Below, piece by piece: positions 31,378-41,817 of a stretch of 64,000 bases of DNA; within the stretch, counting starts at the first letter, position 1, and the number at the start of each line of letters is the position of its first letter. The DNA comes from Acidobacteriota bacterium. GTDB lineage: Bacteria; Acidobacteriota; UBA890; WLXD01. Both the position numbers and the translations under genes were made by a program. The stretch spans positions 320,001 to 384,000 of the forward strand of contig CAXWPH010000015.1 in assembly GCA_963666055.2 (NCBI GenBank). The letters run 5' to 3'. Under the pieces are notes generated by a model, which had not been told where the DNA came from, did no database searches, and was given only the letters and a program-made list of their open reading frames with translations.

Positions 31378-32048
31378 GTCGCTCCTCCTATGTGTTTACT
31401 GTCCGGGCCACCAACTTCGTCTTCGACGGCGCTCCCGGCCGCCTCGTCCTCGTGTTCCTCTTCAGTCTCTTGCGACCGCGTGGCGATGTACTGAGCGAGC
31501 GTTGGCACTGAAGCCGGCGTTCGCGCCAGCCCCACGATCCGCAACCCGGCCATCACGCGATCGAATACGGACTCCCAGCGCTGGTGTGCCCGTCGAACCC
31601 TCCCGTCGTCTGTCAACGGGCCGCCCAGCTCGCACACTCGTTGAGCAATCCCTTCCTCTAGCACCGAGGCGCGCGCTAGCGCGGCGACCGCGATGCGCAT
31701 GGCCATCGGCGCCTCCTCTGGGTCGCTTTGCCCCTGATCAGCCAAGATGGCCTCGTACCGCCCCCGCACCAGCGCGGCGTGCTCTTGCCAGAATGCCGCC
31801 GACCGGGCGCCGTGGATCAGTGCGAGCGTGTTGCCAGCGATCACGTGCCCACCGGCGCACCGGTCGTCGTGCTCGGGGTGAGGCCCGGCCCCGCAACGGC
31901 ACACGGCCGCGCCGCTACCGGCTCCGCCGGACGGGCCAGAGTTGCCAGGATCGGTACTCTCCGACCCTCGGGTTATGAGCCCGACGAGCTTGCCGGAACT
32001 CACTTGGAGGCCATCTTGGCTGGCCACGCCCCATTCCCGTAGCACCAT
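31374..32048 (-). CDS. hypothetical phage-like protein (terminase small subunit-like)
   Basis: CRCG...RCAGGH...GNTLALIHGARS pattern resembling GN-A-HG motifs of phage packaging-region proteins. Confidence 0.45.
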   Translation of the reverse strand: MVLREWGVASQDGLQVSSGKLVGLITRGSESTDPGNSGPSGGAGSGAAVCRCGAGPHPEHDDRCAGGHVIAGNTLALIHGARSAAFWQEHAALVRGRYEAILADQGQSDPEEAPMAMRIAVAALARASVLEEGIAQRVCELGGPLTDDGRVRRAHQRWESVFDRVMAGLRIVGLARTPASVPTLAQYIATRSQETEEEHEDEAAGSAVEDEVGGPDSKHIGGAT

Positions 32049-32140
32049 TTTTTTGACTCGGACTTCGATATGGTCTTAGGGCATTTCGCAACGTTGCCAC
32101 CGTGACCAGCACCCTCATGGGCGAATGGAGTCTGAGCTCG

Positions 32141-33146
32141 ATGATCACCACCACACAAACCCACGTCTGCCTGATTCTGATCCTTGGTCTGGCGATCTTC
32201 GGTTGTGTGCGAACCACCACCCGGGTGAGCCCCGACCCGATCGACGCCGAGACGCCTCGCAAACCTGAGCCGCCACCGCGCCGAGGACCGCGCGCCCACC
32301 TGGTCGACGCTGGGGCAAATGTTGCTCTTCGAGTCGGACCGCGCCGGCAACCGCGACATCTGGTCGATGGCTCCGGACGGCTCCTCCGTCTTGGCAATGA
32401 CCGATAACGCCGGCGACGACATGTACGCGGCCTGGTCGCCAGGCGGTGGACGGTTCGTGTTCCAGAGCACCTGGGACGGTGTCGCCGGTCTATGGATCAT
32501 GGAGATCGGCACGCAGCAGGTAACGCTGCTGCTCGAGGACGACAGCGCCGAGCTGACGCCCGACTGGTCGCCGGATCTGCGGTGGATCGCCTTCACGTCG
32601 GAGCGCTCCGGCAACCCCGACCTGTGGGCGGTCGCGGCCCCGGCATCCGGCTCGAGTACCGGCTCCGCGCCGCCGCCGCGACAGCTCACCGACAACCCCT
32701 ACCGCGATGTTTGGCCGCGCTGGTCGCCCGACGGCGCCTCCCTCCTCTTCTTCTCGCGTCGCGACACCGCCGGGGAGCGCGACGAGCTCTACCTCATGCG
32801 CTGGAGCGACGGCTCGGTGCGGCGCTTGACGGTCAACCCATCACACCACGACTTCGGGCCCTCCTGGTCACCGGACGGAGAGCACGTCGTCGCCGCCGTG
32901 TCGGACTCCGCAAACGACCGCGCCCTGGTGATCTACGACCTCGGTGGCAACCCCGTGCATCGATTCGCCGAGGGCTACCATCGTGTGTTCCAGCCGGCCT
33001 GGTCGCCCGACGGCCGCTCGATCGCCTGCGCCGCGCGAATTCGAGATGGGGTGGGCGCGGAGATCTTTGTCGCGACGGTTCCTGAGCTGTCGATCGCTCG
33101 TCGAGCGGACGATGGGCGCAGCCTTGATCCTGAGCCGCCCCGGTAA
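32141..33146 (+). CDS. TolB-like PD40-repeat lipoprotein, frameshifted near 32300
   Basis: signal ending IFGC in one frame; FESDRAGNRDIW and repeated WSPDG in the next. Confidence 0.8.
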
Positions 33147-33214
33147 AGAAACGCGGCATCGCAACTGGCGGGAGCCTCCCGGAACAATCATCGGTTCCGT
33201 CTGGTGCGATTTCT

Positions 33215-33277
33215 ACCGACAAATATTTCTGTCGGTCTTGACACCGATCCGGTTGACCGACAAGAATAACTTTCGGT
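33215..33277 (+). promoter_or_regulatory. twin operator sites flanking a -35 box of the SRPBCC-ArsR operon
   Basis: ACCGACA-N8-TGTCGGT (33215-33236), TTGACA (33238), ACCGACA-N8-TTTCGGT (33256-33277). Confidence 0.7.
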
Positions 33278-33340
33278 ATCCGCCCACGCTGTTTCGCCTA
33301 CCCGAGGCATCAGCTCAGCCCACCAGTGAGGACCGCGCCG

Positions 33341-34189
33341 ATGACAGAGCAATTCAACGCCCGCCGCTTCGAGATCGCACTGGAACTAGAAGCTTCACGC
33401 GAAGACGTCTGGCACTCCATCGCCACCGGCGACGGGCTGGCCAACTGGTTCCCGGCCAGCGCTGAAGTCGTGCCGGGCGTCGGTGGCCGCATGGTGTGGA
33501 ACTGGGGCGACGCCTACCGCTGGGCCTTGACCATCGATGCCTGGGTCCCGGGCGAGCGCTTCACGGCGCGCTACGAATCGGGTGTCGACGACGAGGGCGG
33601 CGGTAAGGTGCCGCTGTTCGTCCAGTTCGTCCTCGAAGGCGAGGGTGGCCGCACCACGCTGCGCCTCGTCCACTCCGGGTTCGGTCCCGACGCCAGCTTC
33701 GATGAAGAGTACGACGGCATCAGCCAGGGGTGGCCAGTCGAGCTGCAGAGCCTGAAGGTGTACCTGGAGCATCATCAGGGCGTCAGCCGCCAGCTTGCCT
33801 GGGCTCGGACGTCGACGCGCTTGGCACCTGGCGCCGCCATGCAGCATCTGCTTGGCGACGACGGAATCCGACTTCGCCCGGCGGCCAACGAGCTGCACCA
33901 GGGCGCCCACTTTAGAGCGCAGCTAGGTCCAGATACGACACTCGAGTGCGTCGTCGCGAGCTCGCCGACCGCCATCGGTCTCTGCGGCACGGCTGGCGAG
34001 CTCGACCACGCCTTCTTCCATGCACACACCTACCATCATCCTCAGCAAGACACTACCCACGTCTGGCTCTGGCTGGCTCAGTACAGCGCCCCGGCGGAGC
34101 GCGTCGAGCGCTACCAGGCAGCCATGGACGCGACCCTCCGTAGGGCGTTCGCCTCCTCGACATCGATGACCACCGGAGTCCTGGCGTGA
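33341..34189 (+). CDS. SRPBCC/AHSA1 domain protein
   Basis: ASREDVWHSIATGDGLANWF, TTLRLVHSGF, GW. Confidence 0.85.
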   Translation: MTEQFNARRFEIALELEASREDVWHSIATGDGLANWFPASAEVVPGVGGRMVWNWGDAYRWALTIDAWVPGERFTARYESGVDDEGGGKVPLFVQFVLEGEGGRTTLRLVHSGFGPDASFDEEYDGISQGWPVELQSLKVYLEHHQGVSRQLAWARTSTRLAPGAAMQHLLGDDGIRLRPAANELHQGAHFRAQLGPDTTLECVVASSPTAIGLCGTAGELDHAFFHAHTYHHPQQDTTHVWLWLAQYSAPAERVERYQAAMDATLRRAFASSTSMTTGVLA

Positions 34190-34863
34190 CGGTTCCTCCG
34201 ACGGCTGGTGATCGTGTCGATGTGGTCGGCGAGACGAGACGCGCCCAGGTGCTCTTGCATCCTACCCGCCTGGCGATACTGGAAGCACTCGAGGTGCCCG
34301 GCTCCGCCAGCAAGCTGGCTACGCGTCTCGAAGCTTCTCGTCAGCGGCTTAACTATCACCTGCGCGAGCTCGAGGCCGCGGGGCTCGTGCAGCTGACCGA
34401 GGAACGCCGGCGTGGCAGTGTCTGCGAGCGCATCTATCGCCGCGTCGGCGATACCTACGCGATCTCCGCGGCGGCCCTCGGCAATCTCGGTACTTGTCCG
34501 GAGCGAGTCGCGGACCACCGATCGTCGGCGTATCAGATCGCCGTGGCCAGCCAGGCAATCGCCGATATCGCCACGCTGCTGGAGGGTGCCGAAGCCGCCG
34601 GCAAGCGCCTTCCCACCCTCACCCTGGATGGCGAGATCGCCTTCGAGTCGCCCGACTCACGTCGAAGGTTCGCCGAGGAGCTCACCGAGGCGGTCGCCGC
34701 GCTCGTGCAGAAGTACCACACCGCGGGAGCCGACGGACGAGTCTACAAGCTATACGTCGGTGCGTACCCGAAGCCCAAGCCCAAGCCCAAGCGCGCCTCG
34801 GCTGACGACAACGTCGACACCTCGGGCATTGCCCCCAACAACAAAGGAATCACCCTTGGCTGA
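34186..34863 (+). CDS. ArsR-type winged-helix transcriptional regulator
   Basis: HPTRLAILEAL, SRQRLNYHLRELEAAGLV. Confidence 0.9.
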   Translation: MTVPPTAGDRVDVVGETRRAQVLLHPTRLAILEALEVPGSASKLATRLEASRQRLNYHLRELEAAGLVQLTEERRRGSVCERIYRRVGDTYAISAAALGNLGTCPERVADHRSSAYQIAVASQAIADIATLLEGAEAAGKRLPTLTLDGEIAFESPDSRRRFAEELTEAVAALVQKYHTAGADGRVYKLYVGAYPKPKPKPKRASADDNVDTSGIAPNNKGITLG

Positions 34864-35278
34864 CATCCTTCACGACTTCAAGGTCCAGGCGTCTCCCGAG
34901 CGCGTGTTCGCGGCCATCAGCACCCCGACCGGGCTCGACCAGTGGTGGACAAAAACCTGTGTCGGCGAGCCGAGCCTGGGGGCCGCGTACGAGCTCGGAT
35001 TCGGGTCCGGCTACAGCTGGCGCGCCAAGGTGACCTGCTGCGAGCCCGGCTCCGAGTTCGAGCTCGAGCTAGTCGACGCGCAGGAGGATTGGCTCGGCAC
35101 CCGTGTCGGGTTCGCTCTTACCGCCGACGGCGACGCCACCGCCGTGCGCTTCCACCACACCGGCTGGCCGCAGGCGAACGCTCACTACCGGGGATCCAAC
35201 TACTGCTGGGCCATGTACCTGCGGATCATGGGGCGGGCGATCGAGCACGGCGAGAGCGTTCCCTACGAGCAGCGTTAG
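34856..35278 (+). CDS. SRPBCC domain protein
   Basis: TTG start with AAGGA RBS; ERVFAAISTPTGLDQWW, FHHTGW, CWAMYL. Confidence 0.85.
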   Translation: MADILHDFKVQASPERVFAAISTPTGLDQWWTKTCVGEPSLGAAYELGFGSGYSWRAKVTCCEPGSEFELELVDAQEDWLGTRVGFALTADGDATAVRFHHTGWPQANAHYRGSNYCWAMYLRIMGRAIEHGESVPYEQR

Positions 35279-36837
35279 CCGGGGCCTCTCGCTGGCGCCG
35301 TGTAGGTGCGACCAAAACGATCGGTGACCTCCACCATGACGTCGGTGGCACGCTCGGACACCTGTGCATAGAACAGGTGCCCCGTCGGTCGCGGCTCCAC
35401 CCATGGCTGACGGGAAGGCAGGTCCTCGCCGGTGTGTAACTCGACGCTCAGCGGGTCGAATCCGACCCGCCGGGCCATCTCTCCCCGCCGCACGCCGCCC
35501 TCGTACAGCAGTACGGTCCATTCCGGATCCCAATCCCACACGTTTGCCACCACCTCGTCAGGGGTAAGCGGGTCGCTGCTGCGCGGGTAGACACGCAGCT
35601 GGTGATCGAACCCCATCCCGGTCGACTTGTATCGCCAGGTAACCTCCTCGCCGGCGATCTCGTAGACCGAGTAGCCCGACGGCGTACCATCCCAGCAGAT
35701 CGGCCCACTCCACCAGGCGCCGCAGACCGTGCCGCTGACGTGCTCATGGGTCCCTTGCTCGAAGACGTGCTCGTTCTCGTGCGTATGCCCGGTGAGGATG
35801 TGCGCGACGTACGGCTCGAGCAGCCGGTAAAGCTCGTCGCGGTTGGCGATCGCCGCTGACAGGGTCGGGCTCGACTGCCCGCTACGGGCATGGACGCTCC
35901 CCAACGCCGGGATGTGCGTCGCCACGATCACCGTGCGACCGGGCGCAACCAGGGCCAGATCGTTGCGCAACCAGGTGAGCGCCTCCTCGGTCAGATAGGC
36001 GATATATCCCTCGCCGTGCCAGAACACATCGTCGAGGACGGCGTAGTGGACGGCGCCACGGTTGAACGAGTACCGGCTGGGGCCGAAGTGCCCGCGGAAG
36101 GTCGCCGTGGAGGCCGCGTCCGTACCGGCCTGGTCAACATCATGGTTGCCGACGACCTGGAAGAACGGAACACCCATGAGCGACACGGCGCGCTCGTACT
36201 CAGGATAGAGCGCCAGGTTGTCGTACATAATGTCGCCATCGGCGATGCCGACGACCTCGCGCTCGCCGAGGCCCCGCAGGGTGTGCTGCACATCGGGGAT
36301 CGTCTGCGTGTAAAACCACCGCATCTCCTCAGGGGTTTTCGTCTGCGGGTCGGCAAGCAGCAGCAGCGCGTGCTCCTCGTCGGAGACATCGAGCCTCTGA
36401 AGCTCGAACACCGTCTGCTGTGTCGAACGTTGCGGATCGATGGCCGCATAGTGGCGCGCCGTGCCGGTCGGATTGGTCGGGACCCGAAATCCCGCCGGCG
36501 TGGTGATGTAAACGAACTCTCGATCCGAGGAGGTCACCAGCTCGAACGTTCCGTCGGAGGCAGTCGCGACCACCTGCAGCCCGTCGCTCACGCCGACCCC
36601 AGCGATTCCGCCGTCGCCGGTCCGTACCTGACCGCGGACTCGGATCGGCGCCCCCGCCATCGGTGCCGTTGGCAACGGCGCAAACGGATCGGCGATCAGA
36701 CGCTCGGCGAGCAACGATCCGGCGACGGCGCCAAGGCCGGAGCGCAGAAACCGACGTCGGTCGAGCACGGGGCCGGCGACACCCGCCGAGTACCGACTAT
36801 CCATCATTCCCCTCGACGCGAGGCTTGGCGCAGCCAC
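35275..36837 (-). CDS. Tat-exported calcineurin-like metallophosphoesterase
   Basis: DRRRFL; DPQ, GD, GNHD, GHTH motifs. Confidence 0.9.
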   Translation of the reverse strand: MAAPSLASRGMMDSRYSAGVAGPVLDRRRFLRSGLGAVAGSLLAERLIADPFAPLPTAPMAGAPIRVRGQVRTGDGGIAGVGVSDGLQVVATASDGTFELVTSSDREFVYITTPAGFRVPTNPTGTARHYAAIDPQRSTQQTVFELQRLDVSDEEHALLLLADPQTKTPEEMRWFYTQTIPDVQHTLRGLGEREVVGIADGDIMYDNLALYPEYERAVSLMGVPFFQVVGNHDVDQAGTDAASTATFRGHFGPSRYSFNRGAVHYAVLDDVFWHGEGYIAYLTEEALTWLRNDLALVAPGRTVIVATHIPALGSVHARSGQSSPTLSAAIANRDELYRLLEPYVAHILTGHTHENEHVFEQGTHEHVSGTVCGAWWSGPICWDGTPSGYSVYEIAGEEVTWRYKSTGMGFDHQLRVYPRSSDPLTPDEVVANVWDWDPEWTVLLYEGGVRRGEMARRVGFDPLSVELHTGEDLPSRQPWVEPRPTGHLFYAQVSERATDVMVEVTDRFGRTYTAPARGPG

Positions 36838-36879
36838 GCGGGCATCGGCGATGCGCGCGGTGAACGCCGTACGCTTTCG

Positions 36880-37551
36880 TCAGGCCATCGACATGGTGCG
36901 CTGTCCCATGGCCGCGTCGTAGGCCATCAACGCGCGCAGCCATTCACGGGTTCGCGGTCGATCGTCGCTAAGCTTCAGGTTGTCGTAGAAGAACTGGCCG
37001 ATGGGGTGCCCTGCCGCCATCTCGGCGCTCATGTCCGCCAGATACAGCGGCGCGGCGCAGACGATATCGGCGACGGTGAGGCTGTCACCCACCAGAAACT
37101 TGTCGGCTCCCACCTTCTGCTCGATGTCGGCGGTGCGCTCGGTGATCATCTCGTTGGCACGAGCGATGACACTGGCGTCGGGCGTCGGCGAGAGAGCCTC
37201 ACCGAAGGCCATGCCAATGGGTTCGCCGATCTGCGTCTTGGCAAACCCCTCCCACGTCTCGATCTCACCGAAGGTCGCGTAGTCGTCGCTGAAGATCGCT
37301 GGCGTGTCGCGAAAGTTCGCTTCGATATAGCGCAAGATCGAGCCCGAATCGAAGATCACGGTCTCGCCGTGCTCCAGGATCGGCATGCGCGGCTGCCCTG
37401 ACAGCTTAACGGCCGCCGCCCGATCGCCCGGATAGTTGTCCAGCTCGACCGGCAGGCGCTCGTAGTCGAGGCCCTTGTAACCGAGGGCGATACGGATCTT
37501 GACGCTGTTGGGCGAGCCGGTGAGCTCGTGCAACTTGAGCGTGGCGCTCAT
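36880..37551 (-). CDS. glutathione S-transferase family protein
   Basis: SPNSVKIRIALGYKGLDYE, DSGSILRYIE, FLVGDSLTVADI. Confidence 0.9.
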   Translation of the reverse strand: MSATLKLHELTGSPNSVKIRIALGYKGLDYERLPVELDNYPGDRAAAVKLSGQPRMPILEHGETVIFDSGSILRYIEANFRDTPAIFSDDYATFGEIETWEGFAKTQIGEPIGMAFGEALSPTPDASVIARANEMITERTADIEQKVGADKFLVGDSLTVADIVCAAPLYLADMSAEMAAGHPIGQFFYDNLKLSDDRPRTREWLRALMAYDAAMGQRTMSMA

Positions 37552-37853
37552 GGATTCCTCCATCGTGATCGGGGTGGCAATTTCGTTCGGGTCGCTTCAG
37601 CACGACCCCTTCTACCCTATGACGTTTGATCGATGACCATTGGGACCTCGCGTGGGTTTTGGTGGGGTCTTTGTTCGTTCTAGCGGCGACCAGTGGGCGT
37701 CGAAGAAGCAAGCTCGGCCAGCAGGCAGTCCGCAGCGCGGCCACGGGGCGTTGCCTCGCTCTTCTTGCAAGCGTAGGCTGCGAGCACACGAGGGATAGGC
37801 TCGCAGCGATCGAGCCAGTCCCCCTGGTGCTGACCAGTGGGAGTCTCCCGACA

Positions 37854-38335
37854 GTGAAAGGCGAAGCGAACGGCGACGATGGCGCGGCGGTGCGGATTCC
37901 GCCACCGCTCATCTACCTGGCGGCGATCATCGTTGCGGGCCTGCTGCACGCCTACGTGTGGCCCATGCCGCTGTTGCTCGAGTTCGGTCCGCGACTGGCG
38001 GTATCGCTGACCTTCGTGATGCTGGGCATCGTGCTGATGGCGGGCGCCATCGGCCTGTTCAAGCGCACCGGCCAGGACCCCAAGCCCTGGAAGTCGACAC
38101 CAGAGATCATCTCCACCGGCGTCTACCACTTCACCCGCAACCCCATGTACCTGGGCCTGGCACTACTGCAGATTGGCATCGGCGCCGGAATGGAGAACGG
38201 GTGGATCGTGGGTTTGTGCCGCCGGTGCTGCTGGCCGTCTATCGGACGGCGATCCGGCACGAGGAGACCTATCTAGAAGGCAAGTTCGGGAACGCGTACC
38301 TGGAGTACAAGCGCTCGGTCCGCCGCTGGCTCTAG
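37854..38335 (+). CDS. isoprenylcysteine carboxylmethyltransferase/PEMT family membrane protein, frameshift near 38213
   Basis: IPPPLIY, GVYHFTRNPMYLG, then HEETYLEGKFGNAYLEYKRSVRRWL in the next frame. Confidence 0.85.
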
Positions 38336-38363
38336 CAGGCAAGTTGAGCTGCTCAGCAGCCCT

Positions 38364-39152
38364 TCAGCTGGCGATCCCGTGCTCCTCGAGAAAGCGAAGC
38401 ACGGCGGCCCAGGGGCGCGGGCAGTCATTGTGTCCGCACGGCATGCGAACGAGCGGTCCTCCCGCTGCACGGGCGAGCGCCTCGCCGTGGGCGTACGGGA
38501 TCACCGAATCTCGTTCACCATGCAGAACCAGGGTCGGAGCCACGCGCGAGGTTGCGACCGCCAGGTTGTCGAAGGGATCGAGCACCAGAGCTCGCGGCAG
38601 AAACCACGGTCCAGCCGCGGCTACGCTGGTGAACGTCGACTCCAGCACCAGCGCTGCAACTGGCCGCACGGCGCCGAGCGCACAGGCAGCGCCGCCGCCC
38701 AGAGAACGCCCGTAGGCGACGATTCGGTCGTCGTCGACATCCGGGTGCTGATAGAGAAAATCGAAGGCTGCGACCATCGTGTCGGTGATCGACTCCTGGG
38801 TCGGCCGGCCTCCCGACCGGCCGTAGCTCGGGTACTCCACCAGCAGCACACCGAGCCCAGCCTCGGTGAGGCGCCCGACCGGCGCCAGCCAGTCGTCGAT
38901 GAGTTCGCCGTTGCCGTGCGAGAAGATGACAACCGGGAACGGTGTCGAGGTTGGGGCGGGCCGCAAGAGCCACGCTTCGACCTCCGCCGCATCCCCGAGC
39001 CAGGCGGGCTCCGCGCCAACTGGCAGCGCAGGTGCGGGCCCCGGATGAGGTGGACGCGGATACATCACGCCTCGCTGCACGCCCAAGATCACGCCGACGT
39101 AGGCGAGGCCGAGCAGCGCAATAACGGCCGCGCTAGCCAACGATCTCTGCAA
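38364..39152 (-). CDS. alpha/beta hydrolase
   Basis: HGNGE, GRSLGG, HGERD, GHND. Confidence 0.9.
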   Translation of the reverse strand: MQRSLASAAVIALLGLAYVGVILGVQRGVMYPRPPHPGPAPALPVGAEPAWLGDAAEVEAWLLRPAPTSTPFPVVIFSHGNGELIDDWLAPVGRLTEAGLGVLLVEYPSYGRSGGRPTQESITDTMVAAFDFLYQHPDVDDDRIVAYGRSLGGGAACALGAVRPVAALVLESTFTSVAAAGPWFLPRALVLDPFDNLAVATSRVAPTLVLHGERDSVIPYAHGEALARAAGGPLVRMPCGHNDCPRPWAAVLRFLEEHGIAS

Positions 39153-40044
39153 CTCGCAACACCCTAGCGGAGCGTCTCACGAGCCGGTCGGCCGCTCTCT
39201 TCAAGCTCTGCACGGCATCCCAAGCGGCACGCTGCAGCAGGTTCGCGTCGGCCGCCGAGAGGGCACTGATGTCGCTTGCGGCACCTTCCCGCGACTGGCC
39301 GAAGCGCGTGCTGAGCCGCAATGCGGGCAGTCCTTCCGGCGACCGGCCCAACAACGTCGCGTAGAAGACACAGGCCGCGACATAGGTCCCGCTCGGTGAC
39401 GGGTGGCTTTGGTCCTCGTGGTGCAGCGCCAGGGTCGGCCGCCCTTGAATCGCCAGGGCCCAGGCGATACCGACCGGCGACACCATCGCACCGAGCTCGT
39501 CGGCGATGCTCATGTAGGCGTCGGTCAACGCCTGTTGCGTCTCCGGAAGATGCTGTCGTGCCCAGGTGAGATAAAACACTGTCTGGGCACCAGATTTCCT
39601 GATCTCCCCGTCCAGGAGTCTCGCGTACTTGAAGAACTGCTCGCGATCGGTGATCGGGCGGGTGCTCTGCTCCTGCAGCACGACGTGGCTCCAGCCGCCC
39701 TGGCGGATGACTTCGATGGCGTCACCCTCCAACCAATGACGCTCGAGGGTCGCCCCACCGACCGTCACCTTCATCACCTCCACGGCAGGAGCATCCGGGA
39801 CCGACGCCGCCAGACGCCGGGTCAGCAGCGGTAAATCGTTCACGTAGGTGTAGCTGTTGCCGATGAACAGCACATGCAGACCGGCTTGCGGCGTCGACGT
39901 AGGCGCTGCGACTGCGTCCGCGGCGGTCGCGCTCGCCGCCAATCCGCAGACGGATAGCGCGACCGACACGGCCAGGATGGCCCCGGCGTGCGGCTTGACG
40001 CGCGTCCCTGTTCTGCCGTTTCCAGTCGTCACGAACCCGAGCAT
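39133..40044 (-). CDS. secreted SGNH/GDSL hydrolase
   Basis: LFIGNSYT, VVLQEQS, DQSHPS; start uncertain. Confidence 0.85.
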   Translation of the reverse strand: MLGFVTTGNGRTGTRVKPHAGAILAVSVALSVCGLAASATAADAVAAPTSTPQAGLHVLFIGNSYTYVNDLPLLTRRLAASVPDAPAVEVMKVTVGGATLERHWLEGDAIEVIRQGGWSHVVLQEQSTRPITDREQFFKYARLLDGEIRKSGAQTVFYLTWARQHLPETQQALTDAYMSIADELGAMVSPVGIAWALAIQGRPTLALHHEDQSHPSPSGTYVAACVFYATLLGRSPEGLPALRLSTRFGQSREGAASDISALSAADANLLQRAAWDAVQSLKRAADRLVRRSARVLRVAEIVG

Positions 40045-40045
40045 C

Positions 40046-40834
40046 CTACGTCCCGCCCCGCGGCAGGAAGAGCTCCACCTCAAAACCCTCGGCATAACTG
40101 GCGTCGATTCGTAGCCCCGCGGCAATCCTGGCGTTGAGCTCGAGGATCCGGTCATCGAGGCCGCTGCCGCGCTGCTTCAGGTTCCGTACCTGCTGCGACC
40201 GGTGGAACCGCAGCATCTGCCGCTTCCATTGCGAGTCGCTCTCGTCGAACGGGAGATACGCGTCAACTCGCATATCGATGGTCTTCGGATCGCGCTGGTA
40301 CAACGCCAGCACGTGTTTCGAGGCAGTCCGCGCCATCTCGCGGAACGTCGCGAACGTGCGACGGTGCCCCGCGTTGATGTCGTCACCATGGGGGAGCATC
40401 ACGATGTCGGGCTCGATTCCGTGAAACAGCGCCGCCAGGGCGTCGCGCGCGTCAGTGTCCAGGCGCAGCTCTCCGTCATCGCTGACCGGGAGACGTAGGA
40501 AGACGACGTTGTCCGGGGGGAGCCCGAAGAAACGCAGTGCTTCAGCCTGCTCGGTCTCGCGAACGTCGATCTTCCGACGGTCGGTCGCGGGCGTCACGAA
40601 CGAATCCAACACGCCGGACGCGCCACCTGTAAGTACCGCCACGGTGATGTCGGCGGCCGCCTCGAAGAAGTACCTCATGGTAACCGCAACCTCGTCGAAG
40701 TCGTCGGGGTGCGGTGCCAGCACGAGCAGACGGAGCGCCGGCGGCGGGCTCAGCTCAGCCAGTGAGTGGGGACCTTCAGCTGCCTCCCCAAGTTGGAGAA
40801 GAAACTCGGTGCACGCCGTTACAGTCGAGGTCAC
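40046..40834 (-). CDS. PIG-L family deacetylase
   Basis: LAPHPDD, FHRSQ. Confidence 0.85.
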   Translation of the reverse strand: MTSTVTACTEFLLQLGEAAEGPHSLAELSPPPALRLLVLAPHPDDFDEVAVTMRYFFEAAADITVAVLTGGASGVLDSFVTPATDRRKIDVRETEQAEALRFFGLPPDNVVFLRLPVSDDGELRLDTDARDALAALFHGIEPDIVMLPHGDDINAGHRRTFATFREMARTASKHVLALYQRDPKTIDMRVDAYLPFDESDSQWKRQMLRFHRSQQVRNLKQRGSGLDDRILELNARIAAGLRIDASYAEGFEVELFLPRGGT

Positions 40835-41613
40835 GCTGCCCAGTGTTGATCGCGCACGAACAGCAATCGATCATCGTCCGACATGTCCGGCCGGAAACCA
40901 TAGCCCTCTTCAGCGAAATCCTTGAGACCGTCGAGTCTGTCCACCCGATTCTTGACGACGAACCGCGCCATCAACCCACGAGCACGTTTGGCGGAAAAGC
41001 TGATCGTCTTCGGCTGGCCGTCACGGATCTCTTTGAACAGGGCCGTAACCAAGGGCGGCTTCAGCTCACCAGAGCGGACGCCTTTGAAGTACTCGTTCGA
41101 CGCCAGGTTGAGGATCAGCTTGACCGGGCGTTGTTCGTGCTCGGCATTGAGTGCCTCGGTCAAGCGACCGCCCCAGAACTCGTACAGGTTCTTACCGCGC
41201 ACGTTGTCGAGCCGCGTCCCCATCTCCAGACGATACGGCTGGATCAAGTCCAGCGGCCGCAGTAATCCGTAGAAGCCGGACAGAATGCGCAGCCGGCGCT
41301 GCGCCCAGGTGAGATCACGCTTCGACAGGCTCGCCGCGGCCAGCCCACGGTACACGTCGCCGCCGAAGGCCAACAGGCACGGCTTCGAGTTGTCGCGTGT
41401 GAACGGCAGCGTCATGTCGTGGAATCGCTGGCGATTGAGCTCGGCCAGCGGTTGGCTGAGCTTCATCAGCCTGCGCAACTCGGCGACGGTGAGCTTTCGG
41501 CAGCGCTTCAGCAACATCTCGATGTCCCGCTTGAAGCGCGGCTCCGTGGTCGGCAGCCCGTCGGCGCGGAATCCAAAATCCATCGTCTTGGCGGGAGAAA
41601 GCAAGGTCAGCAT
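40831..41613 (-). CDS. yaaA: peroxide stress protein YaaA
   Basis: LLSPAKTMDF, YGLLRPLDLIQPYRLEMG, NLASNEY, AKRARGLMAR. Confidence 0.95.
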   Translation of the reverse strand: MLTLLSPAKTMDFGFRADGLPTTEPRFKRDIEMLLKRCRKLTVAELRRLMKLSQPLAELNRQRFHDMTLPFTRDNSKPCLLAFGGDVYRGLAAASLSKRDLTWAQRRLRILSGFYGLLRPLDLIQPYRLEMGTRLDNVRGKNLYEFWGGRLTEALNAEHEQRPVKLILNLASNEYFKGVRSGELKPPLVTALFKEIRDGQPKTISFSAKRARGLMARFVVKNRVDRLDGLKDFAEEGYGFRPDMSDDDRLLFVRDQHWAA

Positions 41614-41817
41614 GGGTCACTCAGGCTCGATCTTCTAGGCAACCAGAAAGCACGGTGCCAGGGCTGTGGGCAGTGGCTAGATTCTACCTCTTGCCGAGGA
41701 AGTTCTCGGCCCCCTGGAAGCACGCTCCGAGTTAACCGAGCAGAGGGCTCCTTTGACACCCGTGCGTTGGCATTCTAGGTTGCCGGCAGCTAACGATCAC
41801 TACGGATGGAGGATGTC

